From Akkermansia muciniphila (lineage in GTDB: Bacteria > Verrucomicrobiota > Verrucomicrobiia > Limisphaerales > UBA1100), in contig CAMDOH010000005.1 in NCBI GenBank assembly GCA_945903605.1, forward strand, positions 1 to 61,588: DNA of 61,588 bases. Reading direction: 5' to 3'. How positions within the stretch are numbered: position 1 is the first letter of the stretch; each line of letters opens with the position of its first letter. The notes beneath the pieces are model-generated. The model saw only the letters and a program-made list of their open reading frames with translations. It did not search any database and was not told where the DNA came from. A program made the translations under genes and the position numbers. Below, one piece after another: positions 7,152-17,019 of the stretch.

Positions 7152-8741
7152 ATGAATATTTTGATTTGTGATCCCATTTCCAAGACGGGCATTGAGTATC
7201 TTCGCCAGCAGCCGGGCCTCAACGTTTGCGTGCTCGAGAAGCGTCTTTCGGAGGCCGAACTGATTCCGATTGTCAGCGATGTGCACGCGATTCTCGTTCG
7301 CTCTGAAACCAAGGTGACTCGCGCGGTGATGGCGGCCGCGCCGAATCTGCGCGTGGTGGGCCGTGCGGGAGTAGGCGTGGACAATGTGGATGTCGAGGCC
7401 GCCACGCAACGGGGTGTCGTGGTGATGAACACGCCTGCGGGCAACACGATTTCAACGGCAGAACTGGCCTTCTCGATGATCATGTCGCTGGCGCGGAAAA
7501 TCCCGCAGGCGCACATGTCGATGAAAGGCGGGCAATGGGACCGGAAACAATTTTCTGGCGCGGAGCTGTCGGGAAAGACGCTGGGTGTGCTCGGCATGGG
7601 GCGGATCGGGACGCAGGTGGCGCGACGCGCGATCGCATTCGGAATGCGTGTGCTGGCGTATGATCCGTTTTTGTCAGTCTCCAAAGCGCGATCGTTGCAG
7701 GTGGAGTTGTTGGAGTTGGGCGATCTGTTTGCCAAGTCGGATTACATCACCGTTCACATGCCGCTCACCGACGAGACGCGCAACATGATCAACGCGGAGA
7801 CGATGCTGGGAATGAAGAAGGGGGTGGGCATCGTCAATTGCGCTCGGGGTGGCATCGTGAACGAGATCGATTTGGTGACGTGCATTCGCTCCGGTCATGT
7901 CGGCAGTGCGGCGCTGGATGTTTACGAGCAGGAACCGCTCCCGGCTGATTCGCCGTTGCGTGCGGTGCCGGAAATCGTGATGACGCCGCATCTTGGCGCG
8001 AGCACGAAGGAGGCGCAGGATAGTGTCGGTTTGGAAGTGGCGGAGGCGGTGACGGATTTTCTGAATTCCGGCACCGTGCGAAACGCGGTGAACATGCCCA
8101 GCCTGGATGCCAAGACGATGGATCAGGTGCGTCCGTACCTTTCGCTCGGTGGGAAAATGGGGCGATTGCTGGCGCAGCTCATGCCCAAGCGCAAAGATAA
8201 AATCGTGATCACTTACGGAGGCAAGGCAACGGAGGTGCCGACGGATCCGGTGACTCGCAGTATTTTGATGGGATTGCTCCAGCCGGTGGGTGGCAGTGAT
8301 GTGAACATGGTCAATGTTCGCGAGAAGGCGAGCGGGCTGGGTTTGATCGTTGAAGAAATCAAGAAGACCGAAGGGGCAGATTACAACGAGTGGTTGCACA
8401 TCGCGGTCATTTCTGGTGAACAACGGATCACGGCTGGCGGCACTTTCTTTGGCGCGAGCATGAAGCCGCGCATTGTTCGGCTGTATAGTCAGCCGGTGGA
8501 GATCGTGCCCGAAGGCGTTCTTTTGGTACTGACGAATAAGGACCGGCCGGGTATGGTCGGTTACATCGGAACATTGTTGGGCAAACACAATGTCAACATC
8601 GCGAATATGAGCTTGGGCCGGGAACAGGTCGGCGGCGAGGCGTTGACGGTTTTGAATCTCGACAGCGTTCCCGTGGATGCGTTCCTCAGCGAATTGCGTG
8701 GCGACAAGGACATCAGCAATGTGCGTGTTGTGACATTGTGA
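7152..8741 (+). CDS. serA: D-3-phosphoglycerate dehydrogenase, long form with ASB and ACT domains (529 aa)
   Basis: NAD-binding GVLGMGRIGTQVARRA, catalytic region NCARGG...HLGAST, and a C-terminal ACT-like region LVLTNKDRPGMVGYIGTLLG. Confidence 0.9.
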   Translation: MNILICDPISKTGIEYLRQQPGLNVCVLEKRLSEAELIPIVSDVHAILVRSETKVTRAVMAAAPNLRVVGRAGVGVDNVDVEAATQRGVVVMNTPAGNTISTAELAFSMIMSLARKIPQAHMSMKGGQWDRKQFSGAELSGKTLGVLGMGRIGTQVARRAIAFGMRVLAYDPFLSVSKARSLQVELLELGDLFAKSDYITVHMPLTDETRNMINAETMLGMKKGVGIVNCARGGIVNEIDLVTCIRSGHVGSAALDVYEQEPLPADSPLRAVPEIVMTPHLGASTKEAQDSVGLEVAEAVTDFLNSGTVRNAVNMPSLDAKTMDQVRPYLSLGGKMGRLLAQLMPKRKDKIVITYGGKATEVPTDPVTRSILMGLLQPVGGSDVNMVNVREKASGLGLIVEEIKKTEGADYNEWLHIAVISGEQRITAGGTFFGASMKPRIVRLYSQPVEIVPEGVLLVLTNKDRPGMVGYIGTLLGKHNVNIANMSLGREQVGGEALTVLNLDSVPVDAFLSELRGDKDISNVRVVTL

Positions 8742-9736
8742 ACCGACTCTGGATCATCATCGTGTTGGCGGCTCCGCTCCTAATCGGAGCTGCATCGGGA
8801 GGTTCGGGCTTCAATAATCTCTTCGCCGATAAAATCATCGCACGCGGTCGTGGTGTGGAAGTGAAGTCCAGCGAGCTGGAGTCGATTGTGCTCTCGGCGC
8901 AAGTGACGTTGAGTTTGCAGGGCACGGCGCTCGATGATGCAGGGAAGGCTGCGCTGACAATCAAGGCGCTTGACGACATGCTGATGATGCGGCTGCTGGT
9001 GGCCAAGGCGAAGCTCGATGAGAAAAGCACGGGTTACCTAGTCGCGAAAACGGCCTATGAACGTGAGCGAAACGGATTTCTGACGGAGTCGGCATTCATT
9101 CTCCAGATTGAATCTCGCGGCATGGGGACGAATGCGTTTCGCGACCGGTTGTACGAGGAAACTCTCGCCAAGAAAGTTCTGGAACGCGAATTTTATCCTG
9201 AAATCAAAATCACCGATGCGCAGGTTCAGAAATACTACGAGCAGAACATCGCCCAGTACGCACAGGTGGAATTCTGCCGCGTCAGGCAATTGCTGTTGCT
9301 CACTTACAACGCCGAATTGGGTGTGGAGATTGCGGCCGATGAACGACAGAAGAAAAAGGAGCTCGCCGACAAACTGCTCGTGCGCGCTCGCAAAGGGGAA
9401 GATTTCAAGAAGCTCATCAAAGAATTTTCAGAAGACCAGGGCGCAAAGGAATCGGATCGCGAGCTGTCCTTCGGTCGCGGTCAGATTGGGCCGGAATTGG
9501 AGAAGGCAGCGTTTGCTCTCAAAAACGGGCAGACCTCCGATGTCGTCAGGACCGTCGCCGGGTATCATATTCTTCAGTTGATTGAGTATGCGCCAGCGCG
9601 GACCGCTCCACTTTCTGAAGTAAGCGCAGACATCCGTCGCGGTCTGTTGGAGGCGGAAGTGCTGAAGCGCTCGCCGGATTTTCTCAAGCGCCTGAAAACG
9701 GAAGCGGCGGTTGAGGTTTTTCTGACTCCGCGCTAA
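8738..9736 (+). CDS. Peptidyl-prolyl isomerase, parvulin/SurA-PpiD-like, exported (332 aa, GTG start)
   Basis: Signal-like N-terminus. Rotamase region FSEDQGAKESDRELSFGRGQIGPELEKAAFALKNGQTSDVVRTVAGYHILQL. The start overlaps the serA stop (GTGA). Confidence 0.75.
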   Translation: MNRLWIIIVLAAPLLIGAASGGSGFNNLFADKIIARGRGVEVKSSELESIVLSAQVTLSLQGTALDDAGKAALTIKALDDMLMMRLLVAKAKLDEKSTGYLVAKTAYERERNGFLTESAFILQIESRGMGTNAFRDRLYEETLAKKVLEREFYPEIKITDAQVQKYYEQNIAQYAQVEFCRVRQLLLLTYNAELGVEIAADERQKKKELADKLLVRARKGEDFKKLIKEFSEDQGAKESDRELSFGRGQIGPELEKAAFALKNGQTSDVVRTVAGYHILQLIEYAPARTAPLSEVSADIRRGLLEAEVLKRSPDFLKRLKTEAAVEVFLTPR

Positions 9737-9742
9737 ACGCAG

Positions 9743-10273
9743 TCAGAGATTAAATTTCTTCACGAACCGTTTTGAGTTCTGTTCTCCTTCGCCAGACTCG
9801 GACGCTCCTTTCTTGTCCGTGGGAATTTCCAACACCGGAGTTTTATCAACGGCAGCGGCAGGTTGTGTCGCCACGCCCGATTCCAGCACTTCAACAAACA
9901 ACATCCGCAGAGTGGTAAGCGTTTCCTGTAGCAGATGCGTTTCATCGGCCGACAGATTACCTTTGGATTTGAATTCGAGCATCTCGAGTTGGTCGATGAT
10001 CATCTTCGCTGATTCGATGTCCAAAACCGTTTCGCCCGTGCCCGGCTCCGGCACTTTCCCCAGCAGGACGACCACGAGATTGGATTGTTGCATGACCATG
10101 TGGGCAAAGAGTGCGGACATGATTTCCTCGCGGCTAGCATTGGCGAGATTAGCTTCTTGGAATGTCGGATTCACAAGGCGAATGTAGCCGCCAGACTCTC
10201 CGCTGCCAGAAAAAAACGGTGACGAATTGAGGTCCAATGCTGGCCAAAACTTGTTGGCAAATGACACTTGCAT
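9743..10273 (-). CDS. DUF1844 domain protein (about 176 aa; start uncertain)
   Basis: The core LFAHMVMQQSNLVVVLLGKVPEPGTGETVLDIESAKMIIDQLEMLEFKSKGNL matches the DUF1844 pattern as I recall it. I chose the ATG at 10273 because the longer ORF (to 10351) would overlap the divergent gene. Confidence 0.6.
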   Translation of the reverse strand: MQVSFANKFWPALDLNSSPFFSGSGESGGYIRLVNPTFQEANLANASREEIMSALFAHMVMQQSNLVVVLLGKVPEPGTGETVLDIESAKMIIDQLEMLEFKSKGNLSADETHLLQETLTTLRMLFVEVLESGVATQPAAAVDKTPVLEIPTDKKGASESGEGEQNSKRFVKKFNL

Positions 10274-10310
10274 TGGCTGAGAGGTTCCCCAACATTCGGC
10301 CTCTGAAACT

Positions 10311-11231
10311 ATGAAAGAACGTCTTAATTTAATTGTGCTGTTGGTGACCATCGCTGTTTGCGGAGCTGCCTTGATTTACCAAAATAAGAAGAATTCCGAG
10401 GAGATTTCGCGCCGACAGTTGGTGCAGGACGAAACTTCAAAGAAGCTTGATTTGAAGCACAAGGATCTCGTCTCCACGCAGGATATTCTGGCCGCTGCCA
10501 CGAATGAGATCAGTGCGTTGGGACAGCGCATTTCACAGCTGAACGCCACCACCAACGTGCTGACGAGCGACCTGATCAAGACCCAAAACGACTTGCTCAA
10601 ATCTCGCGCGGACATGACGAACAAACTTTCAGAGTTGGCCGTCATTGCCACCTCATTCTCTCTGGCAACCACGCAATTATCGCAGGTGCGAGGCCAACTC
10701 AAAACCACCAAGGCTGACCTCGACAAATCTGTTGTTGCAGCCAAGGCGCTCGAGACCGCCAACAAGGAATTGGACACGAAAAACAAAGGACTCGAACAAG
10801 CCGAAGTCGAGATGCGTGGCCAGATTCTGGACAAGACCAAGCAGATTGCCGACACCGAAAAGAAGCTGGCTTCATCCGAGGGCGACCGCACATTTCTGCT
10901 CCGCGAATTGAAGCGGTTGCAAGAAGAGAAGACCACTTTGGAACGCCAGTTGAATGACATCGCTGTCGTCAAATCCCAGTACGAAAAACTGCGCGCGCAA
11001 GTCAATGAAGCGCGTCGCAAACGTTGGCGCGAATTGGGTCTCAACCCCGATTTCAAGCCCGGCTCCGTCGCCTTGTTGGATTTTAGCAACGGCAAGAAAC
11101 CGGCCACGACGAACAAGCCCGCCGGTAAACTGACCCAAGTCGAACTCAACAGCGAAGGCAAAGTGATCATCAGCACCAACGCTCCTGTGGTTGTGCCTGT
11201 GCCCGTGCCTGCGCCCGCTCCGAAAAAGTGA
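10311..11231 (+). CDS. Membrane-anchored coiled-coil protein with a Pro/Val-rich tail (306 aa), function unknown
   Basis: One N-terminal TM segment (LIVLLVTIAVCGAALIY), then about 230 aa of heptad-like charged sequence, ending in VVVPVPVPAPAPKK. Its stop overlaps the moaA GTG start. Confidence 0.6.
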   Translation: MKERLNLIVLLVTIAVCGAALIYQNKKNSEEISRRQLVQDETSKKLDLKHKDLVSTQDILAAATNEISALGQRISQLNATTNVLTSDLIKTQNDLLKSRADMTNKLSELAVIATSFSLATTQLSQVRGQLKTTKADLDKSVVAAKALETANKELDTKNKGLEQAEVEMRGQILDKTKQIADTEKKLASSEGDRTFLLRELKRLQEEKTTLERQLNDIAVVKSQYEKLRAQVNEARRKRWRELGLNPDFKPGSVALLDFSNGKKPATTNKPAGKLTQVELNSEGKVIISTNAPVVVPVPVPAPAPKK

Positions 11232-12295
11232 TCCGTGCTCGATCGCTAGCTGATTCGCATGGGCGCATTATGCGCGACCTGCGGGTGAGTGTTACGGACA
11301 GGTGCAATTTCCGCTGTCTTTATTGCCTCCCGGAAACTGAGGAGGCCGCCGATTTTTATCGCACCAAATTCGACCTGCTCAAGAATCCCAAGCCGGCGAC
11401 ACCCATCGCGCGCATCTGGAAACCCAAGGCACAGATTCTCAGTTTCGAGGAGATCACTCGCATCGTTCGCGTCGCTGTCGGGCTTGGCATTGAGAAAGTT
11501 CGCGTGACGGGTGGCGAGCCGCTTTTGCGCAAGAATGTCGAATCGCTCGTTGCCCAGTTGGCGGCCATTGGGGGCATCACGGATTTGGCGTTGACGACAA
11601 ATGGATTTCATTTCGCAGCCAAAGCGCTTGCGCTTCGAGATGCGGGTTTGCGACGGATCACGTTTAGTCTCGATTCGCTCGACCGCGAGAATTTCAAGAA
11701 GATCACCGGACGCGATGGACTCGCCGAAGTGCTCGCCGGCATTCGACAGGCGAAAGAACTCGGCTTGCATCCGGTGAAGGTAAACGCCGTCATCATTCGC
11801 AATCTGAACGACCACGAGATTGAGACGCTCGCTGAATTCGCTCGTGCGGAGAACGTGAGTTTTCGATTCATCGAATTCATGCCGTTGGATTCCAGCCGGG
11901 CTTGGCAACGCGAACTCGTTGTTTCCGGCCGTGAGATTGTGAGTCAACTTCAGAAGCGGTTCGATCTCGTTCCAGTGGGATCCACCAATCCGAGCGAGAC
12001 CGCACGACGCTGGCGGTTTGCAGATGGTCGCGGCGAGATTGGGGTGATCGCGCCTGTCTCCGAGCCATTTTGTGGACACTGTAATCGGTTGCGCCTCACG
12101 TCCGATGGCAAGATTCGAACCTGCCTGTTCAGCCTGCATGAACACGACTTGAAACCGTTGTTGCGCGGTGGAGCGACGGACGATGATCTTGCGGACACTC
12201 TCTGCCAAATAGTCCTCGGAAAAGAAATTGGCCACCGCATCGGCCAGCCAGATTTTGTGCAGCCAGAGCGCTCGATGAGTTGCATTGGCGGTTGA
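11228..12295 (+). CDS. moaA: GTP 3',8-cyclase, radical SAM (355 aa, GTG start)
   Basis: LRVSVTDRCNFRCLYCLPE provides the CxxxCxxC cluster. The C-terminal second cluster is CGHCNRLRLTSDGKIRTCLF. Confidence 0.9.
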   Translation: MIRARSLADSHGRIMRDLRVSVTDRCNFRCLYCLPETEEAADFYRTKFDLLKNPKPATPIARIWKPKAQILSFEEITRIVRVAVGLGIEKVRVTGGEPLLRKNVESLVAQLAAIGGITDLALTTNGFHFAAKALALRDAGLRRITFSLDSLDRENFKKITGRDGLAEVLAGIRQAKELGLHPVKVNAVIIRNLNDHEIETLAEFARAENVSFRFIEFMPLDSSRAWQRELVVSGREIVSQLQKRFDLVPVGSTNPSETARRWRFADGRGEIGVIAPVSEPFCGHCNRLRLTSDGKIRTCLFSLHEHDLKPLLRGGATDDDLADTLCQIVLGKEIGHRIGQPDFVQPERSMSCIGG

Positions 12296-12336
12296 GCTGG
12301 CTTGAATCCACCGGCTTGTCCGCGCATAGTTGCGGC

Positions 12337-13227
12337 GTGAGGTTCATTCGCGATATCATCACAGAGAAAAAGGCGGCGGGCCGCCCCGTCATTTCTGTCG
12401 AATTCTTCCCGCCGAAAACAGAGGAGGGTGATCGAAACCTGATCGATAAAACTGTCCCCGCGCTGCTCGCCGCCAAGCCCGACTACTGCTCGGTCACATA
12501 CGGAGCCGGAGGCAGCACGCGCGACAAGACTCTCAACATCGTCGATCAAATCCAGAAGCGGCACGGCTTGACTGCGATGGCGCATCTCACGTGTGTGAAC
12601 GCCACAAGCGAACAGCTTGCGGGCGTCATTGAACAGGCGCGCGAGCTTGGCATCGCCAATATTCTGGCACTGCGCGGCGATCCACCCGGTGGCAATGGAG
12701 AATTTCAGAAGGCGGCTGGCGGTTTCGAATACTCTCACGAGCTGGTGACGTTTTTGAAAAAGCTCGGTGGGTTTTGCGTCGGCACGGCTGGATTTCCCGA
12801 GGGGCACATCGCGTGCAAAGAGGGCAAGTTTGTGGACTGGCAACGACTCAAGCACAAGGTGGATTGCGGCGCGGATTTTGTGATCACCCAGCTCTTTTTC
12901 GACAACGCAGATTTTTTTGAGTTCCGCGATCACATGCGAGCCATCGGATTGCGTGTGCCAATCCTTGCCGGAATCATTCCGATCATGAGCGTGGCGCAAA
13001 TCCGACGATTCACGGCCATGTGCGGATCGAGGATTCCCGAGTCACTCGCCGTACAGCTCGATGCGTTGGGTACGGATGATGCCGCAGCGGCTGAATTCGG
13101 AATTGAATTCGCCACGCAACAATGTCGCGACCTGATGGCGAAGGGCGTTGATGGGATCCATTTTTACACGTTGAACAAAGCCAGTTCCACTACGCGCATC
13201 CTCAGCAATCTGGCCTTGACGCCATGA
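12337..13227 (+). CDS. metF: 5,10-methylenetetrahydrofolate reductase (about 296 aa; GTG start chosen)
   Basis: ISVEFFPPKTEEG, SVTYGAGGSTRD, HLTCV, LALRGDPP and ITQLFFD motifs. The track ORF begins at 12280 inside the moaA 3' end, so the start is uncertain. Confidence 0.85.
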   Translation: MRFIRDIITEKKAAGRPVISVEFFPPKTEEGDRNLIDKTVPALLAAKPDYCSVTYGAGGSTRDKTLNIVDQIQKRHGLTAMAHLTCVNATSEQLAGVIEQARELGIANILALRGDPPGGNGEFQKAAGGFEYSHELVTFLKKLGGFCVGTAGFPEGHIACKEGKFVDWQRLKHKVDCGADFVITQLFFDNADFFEFRDHMRAIGLRVPILAGIIPIMSVAQIRRFTAMCGSRIPESLAVQLDALGTDDAAAAEFGIEFATQQCRDLMAKGVDGIHFYTLNKASSTTRILSNLALTP

Positions 13228-13802
13228 CGCCGCAGATCGGATTGACGGGCGGAGTGGGGATGGGGAAGTCCGCTGCAGCGGAGATTCTTCGCAAGCGCGG
13301 AATACCGGTGATTGATTCGGACGACATTGCCCGGCGCGTGGTTGAGCTGGGAATGCCTGCGTTGATGGAAATCGCGGAAGCGTTCGGAACGACAGTGATG
13401 GGCGCTGACGGCAGGTTGAATCGCGCGGCTTTGGCCCAAATTATTTTCGCGGACACGACACAGCGGCAACGGTTGGAGGCAATCATTCATCCTCGAGTGA
13501 AGACCGTGTGGCAGGCGCAGCATGAAGTCTGGCGAGCGTCGGGAGTGAAGGTGGGGGTGACGGTCATCCCGTTGTTGTTTGAAACGGGATCGCAAGTGCA
13601 TTTCGATCGCGTCATCTGTGTTGCGTGCACGGAACAGACGCAGCGCGAAAGATTGCGACTGCGTGGTTGGTCGGATGATCAGATTGAACAGCGCAACGCG
13701 GCGCAGTGGAGCATTGGGCGAAAGATTGAGATGTCAGCGGGCGTGATTTGGTCCGAGGGCGGACTGGACGTGTTGGAACAACAATTGGCGCGGCTGATTT
13801 GA
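13224..13802 (+). CDS. coaE: Dephospho-CoA kinase (192 aa)
   Basis: IGLTGGVGMGKSAAAEIL P-loop at the N-terminus, VIDSDDIAR and PLLFE motifs. Confidence 0.85.
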   Translation: MTPQIGLTGGVGMGKSAAAEILRKRGIPVIDSDDIARRVVELGMPALMEIAEAFGTTVMGADGRLNRAALAQIIFADTTQRQRLEAIIHPRVKTVWQAQHEVWRASGVKVGVTVIPLLFETGSQVHFDRVICVACTEQTQRERLRLRGWSDDQIEQRNAAQWSIGRKIEMSAGVIWSEGGLDVLEQQLARLI

Positions 13803-15994
13803 TGATCCTTTCACAATCAGAATGGAAAAGTCTGACGTGCTTCACACACGCGACGCCGCACGATTTGCTGGGCATCCATTCATTGCCCGATGGTGTGGTG
13901 GTCCGGGCATTGCTTCCCAATGCGCGTGCGGTGATGGCCGTGCCGACGCATGAGAAGTCGCGCCCGATTATTCCGCTCAAGCGATTGGGCGATTCGGATC
14001 TGTTCGAAGGAACCGCAAAAGGATCGGCCAAGATTTACGCCTATGATCTGCAAGTGACCAATCAGGATGGCACGCAATGGCAGATGCGCGATCCGTATTC
14101 TTTCCTGCCGACCCTCGCTGCGTCGGATCTTTATTTATTCGGGTTGGGCGATGACCGGAAGTTGTACGACAAATTTGGTGCGCAGTTGCGCGAGTTTGAT
14201 GGCGTGCGTGGAGTCGCGTTTGCTGTGTGGGCGCCGAATGCGAGGCGCGTGAGTGTGGTTGGCGATTTCAACGGCTGGGATGGCCGACGTCACCTGATGC
14301 GGCTGCTGGGAACATCGGGAGTTTGGGAAATCTTTGTGCCGAATCTGGAAGTGGGTGCGCACTACAAATTCGAGATTGTCGGGGCCGATGGCGAGTTGAG
14401 ATTGAAGACGGATCCCTTTGGTTTCTATTTTGAACTGGCGCCGAAGAATGCGGCGATCGTTTGGGACAATCGCCGGTTTCAATGGTCGGATGATAATTGG
14501 CAAAGGCAACGGCGCAGTCGCGACGCGTTGCGTTCGCCGATGACTGTTTATGAAGTGCATCTGGGTTCGTGGCGGAAATGGACAAAATCAGAATCACCTG
14601 GTTACCGTGAGCTGGCGGGGCCATTGGTGGATCACGTGCGGCGGCTGGGATTCACTCATGTGGAATTTCTGCCCGTTGCCGAACACGCCTATTTCCCGAG
14701 CTGGGGTTATCAAGTGACGGGCTTTTACGCACCGACGGGCCGGTACGGATCGCCGGATGATTTTCAATTCCTCGTTAACGCGATGCACGAGGCTGGAATT
14801 GGTGTGATTGTGGATTGGGTGCCGGCACATTTCCCGCGCGATGATTGGGCGCTGGCGCAGTTTGACGGCACGGCGTTATACGAGCATGAGGATCCGCGAC
14901 TCGGTGCGCACCAAGATTGGGGAACGCTCATTTTTAATTTTGGACGTAACGAGGTGAAGAATTTTCTCGCGGCGAACGCGCTGTTTTGGTGCGAGCGTTT
15001 TCATGTGGATGGATTGCGTGTGGACGCTGTGGCATCGATGCTTTATCTCGACTACTCGCGCAAGGAAGGCCAGTGGCTCCCGAACAAATTCGGTGGGCGC
15101 GAAAATCTGGAGGCAGCCGATTTTCTGCGTCACTGCAATCACCTCGTGCACTCGGAGCATCCGGGAGTGATGACGATCGCGGAGGAATCCACTTCATGGC
15201 CGGGAGTGTCACAGTCATCGCAATCGGGCGGGCTGGGTTTCGATTTCAAATGGGACATGGGTTGGATGCACGACACGTTGCGCTATATCGCTCGCGATCC
15301 GATTCACCGTTGCTGGCATCAGGATGAGCTGGCATTCGCCCGTATGTACGCGGGCAAAGAGAATTATCTGTTGCCGCTTTCGCATGACGAAGTGGTGCAT
15401 GGCAAACGATCGTTGCTGGGCCGAATGCCGGGGCATGATTGGAATCGGTTCGCCAATCTGCGTGTGTTGTTGGGTTACCAATGGATGTTTACCGGCAAAA
15501 AACTTCTATTCATGGGCGGCGAGTTTGGCCAGCAGTTGGAGTGGAACGAGAATGTGGCTTTGGATTGGGACTGCCTTGAACGCGGGCAACTTCATGCGGG
15601 ATTGATGCGATGGGTGGAAGACTTGAATGGCGTGTACCGCCGTGAGCCATCACTGTGGCACTCGGATTATGACGGGAACGGTTTTTATTGGATCGACTGC
15701 TCGGATTCAGCCAACAGCGTGATGTCTTTCATCCGGCAGGCACCGGGACATTCGCGTCCGATTTTGGTGGTGATGAATCTCACGCCCGTAGTGAAGCGTG
15801 ATTATCGATTGGGATTACCGCAGGCGGGTTACTGGCGCGAGTTGCTCAATAGCGATTCCATCGAGTACGGCGGCAGCAATGTGGGAAATCTCGGCGGAGT
15901 AAAGGCCGAGACAATGGGGAGTCATCACCAACCGTATTCGGCCAGATTCACTTTGCCTCCCCTGTCGATTTCGGTTTTCCAGACGGAGAGTTGA
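13802..15994 (+). CDS. glgB: 1,4-alpha-glucan branching enzyme (730 aa)
   Basis: GH13 catalytic regions VIVDWVPAHF, GLRVDAVASMLY, TIAEESTSWPGV and LPLSHDEVVHGK. The ATG at 13802 overlaps the coaE stop by 1 nt. Confidence 0.9.
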   Translation: MILSQSEWKSLTCFTHATPHDLLGIHSLPDGVVVRALLPNARAVMAVPTHEKSRPIIPLKRLGDSDLFEGTAKGSAKIYAYDLQVTNQDGTQWQMRDPYSFLPTLAASDLYLFGLGDDRKLYDKFGAQLREFDGVRGVAFAVWAPNARRVSVVGDFNGWDGRRHLMRLLGTSGVWEIFVPNLEVGAHYKFEIVGADGELRLKTDPFGFYFELAPKNAAIVWDNRRFQWSDDNWQRQRRSRDALRSPMTVYEVHLGSWRKWTKSESPGYRELAGPLVDHVRRLGFTHVEFLPVAEHAYFPSWGYQVTGFYAPTGRYGSPDDFQFLVNAMHEAGIGVIVDWVPAHFPRDDWALAQFDGTALYEHEDPRLGAHQDWGTLIFNFGRNEVKNFLAANALFWCERFHVDGLRVDAVASMLYLDYSRKEGQWLPNKFGGRENLEAADFLRHCNHLVHSEHPGVMTIAEESTSWPGVSQSSQSGGLGFDFKWDMGWMHDTLRYIARDPIHRCWHQDELAFARMYAGKENYLLPLSHDEVVHGKRSLLGRMPGHDWNRFANLRVLLGYQWMFTGKKLLFMGGEFGQQLEWNENVALDWDCLERGQLHAGLMRWVEDLNGVYRREPSLWHSDYDGNGFYWIDCSDSANSVMSFIRQAPGHSRPILVVMNLTPVVKRDYRLGLPQAGYWRELLNSDSIEYGGSNVGNLGGVKAETMGSHHQPYSARFTLPPLSISVFQTES

Positions 15995-17016
15995 TGGATC
16001 CCTTCACACATGCGGTTTTGGGAGCTGCGGGTGGGTACGCATTATTCGGCAAGAAACTGGGACGAATGGCAGCCACACTCGGTGCGCTTGCGGCGTTGGC
16101 TCCCGATGCGGATACGCTGGTGAGGTCGAGTGTGGATCCGTTGGCTTATGTGCAGTATCACCGCCATTTCACGCATTCATTTGCGTTCGCACCCATCGGC
16201 GCCTTATTCGTGGCGGGGTTGGGCAGATTGGTTTCGGGCAAGGGATTCCCATTTTGTCTGGCGTGGTGTTGCGCGGTGTGGGGTTGGCTGAGTCACGAAT
16301 TACTCGATGCGGCGACTTCTTATGGGACGCATCTGCTCTGGCCTTTCAGTTCGGAACGGACGGGATGGGACGTGATCGCCATCGTGGATCCATTTTTTAC
16401 TGTGTCTTTATTAATCGGATTATTGCTGGCGTTATGGTGCCAGAAACAAAAGTGGGCGTTCGTCGCACTGGGTTTGGGCGTGCTGTGTTTGTCGGCAGGT
16501 GTTTGGCAGCACGATCGGATTTTGAAGGCGCAACAACAACTGGCTTCGGAGCGTGGTCACACCGTGGTGCGCGGGCGTGCGTTGCCAACGATTGGAAACA
16601 ATGTGGTGTGGCGTTCTGTGTACGAACACGCGGGGCGGATTTATTGTGATCGGCTTCGCGTGGGTTGGGGTGGGGAAATTTCGGCGAAAGAGGGGACTTC
16701 ACTGGAACGAGTGTCGCTGTCGGATTTGAGCCAGATGGAAAGCGCTGCGGAGACGCGATTGCCAGCCTTCGAGAGGTTCGCACATTTTTCAGATGGTTGG
16801 ATCGCGCGTTCACCGCTGGATGATTCGTTGTTGGGCGATGTGCGATACTCGCTTTCGACGGAGGCATTCGATCCCATCTGGGCCATCCGATACATCGGCG
16901 CGGATCATCAGCCGCCGTTTGAATGGGTCAATCGTGCGAAAGAACGCCGGCTGAATCTGCGTAAGCTTTGGGAAGAGTGGATGGGGCGTGGGCCGGGTTA
17001 TCGGCCGCTCAACTGA
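15991..17016 (+). CDS. Membrane-bound metal-dependent hydrolase, YdjM/DUF457-like (341 aa)
   Basis: N-terminus MDPFTHAVLGAAGGY, His-rich motif YHRHFTHSF, and several TM segments. The start overlaps the glgB stop (ATGA). Confidence 0.65.
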   Translation: MMDPFTHAVLGAAGGYALFGKKLGRMAATLGALAALAPDADTLVRSSVDPLAYVQYHRHFTHSFAFAPIGALFVAGLGRLVSGKGFPFCLAWCCAVWGWLSHELLDAATSYGTHLLWPFSSERTGWDVIAIVDPFFTVSLLIGLLLALWCQKQKWAFVALGLGVLCLSAGVWQHDRILKAQQQLASERGHTVVRGRALPTIGNNVVWRSVYEHAGRIYCDRLRVGWGGEISAKEGTSLERVSLSDLSQMESAAETRLPAFERFAHFSDGWIARSPLDDSLLGDVRYSLSTEAFDPIWAIRYIGADHQPPFEWVNRAKERRLNLRKLWEEWMGRGPGYRPLN

Positions 17017-17019
17017 GGG

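Noticed and set aside
6767-7735. 322-aa minus-strand ORF spanning the MCE 3' end and the serA 5' end
   Set aside because: It is antisense to two well-supported genes, and the sequence is low-complexity Ser/Arg/Thr-rich.
11246-12999. Two long minus-strand ORFs (329 aa and 349 aa)
   Set aside because: They are antisense to moaA and metF, both of which have unambiguous motifs. No recognisable domains are present.
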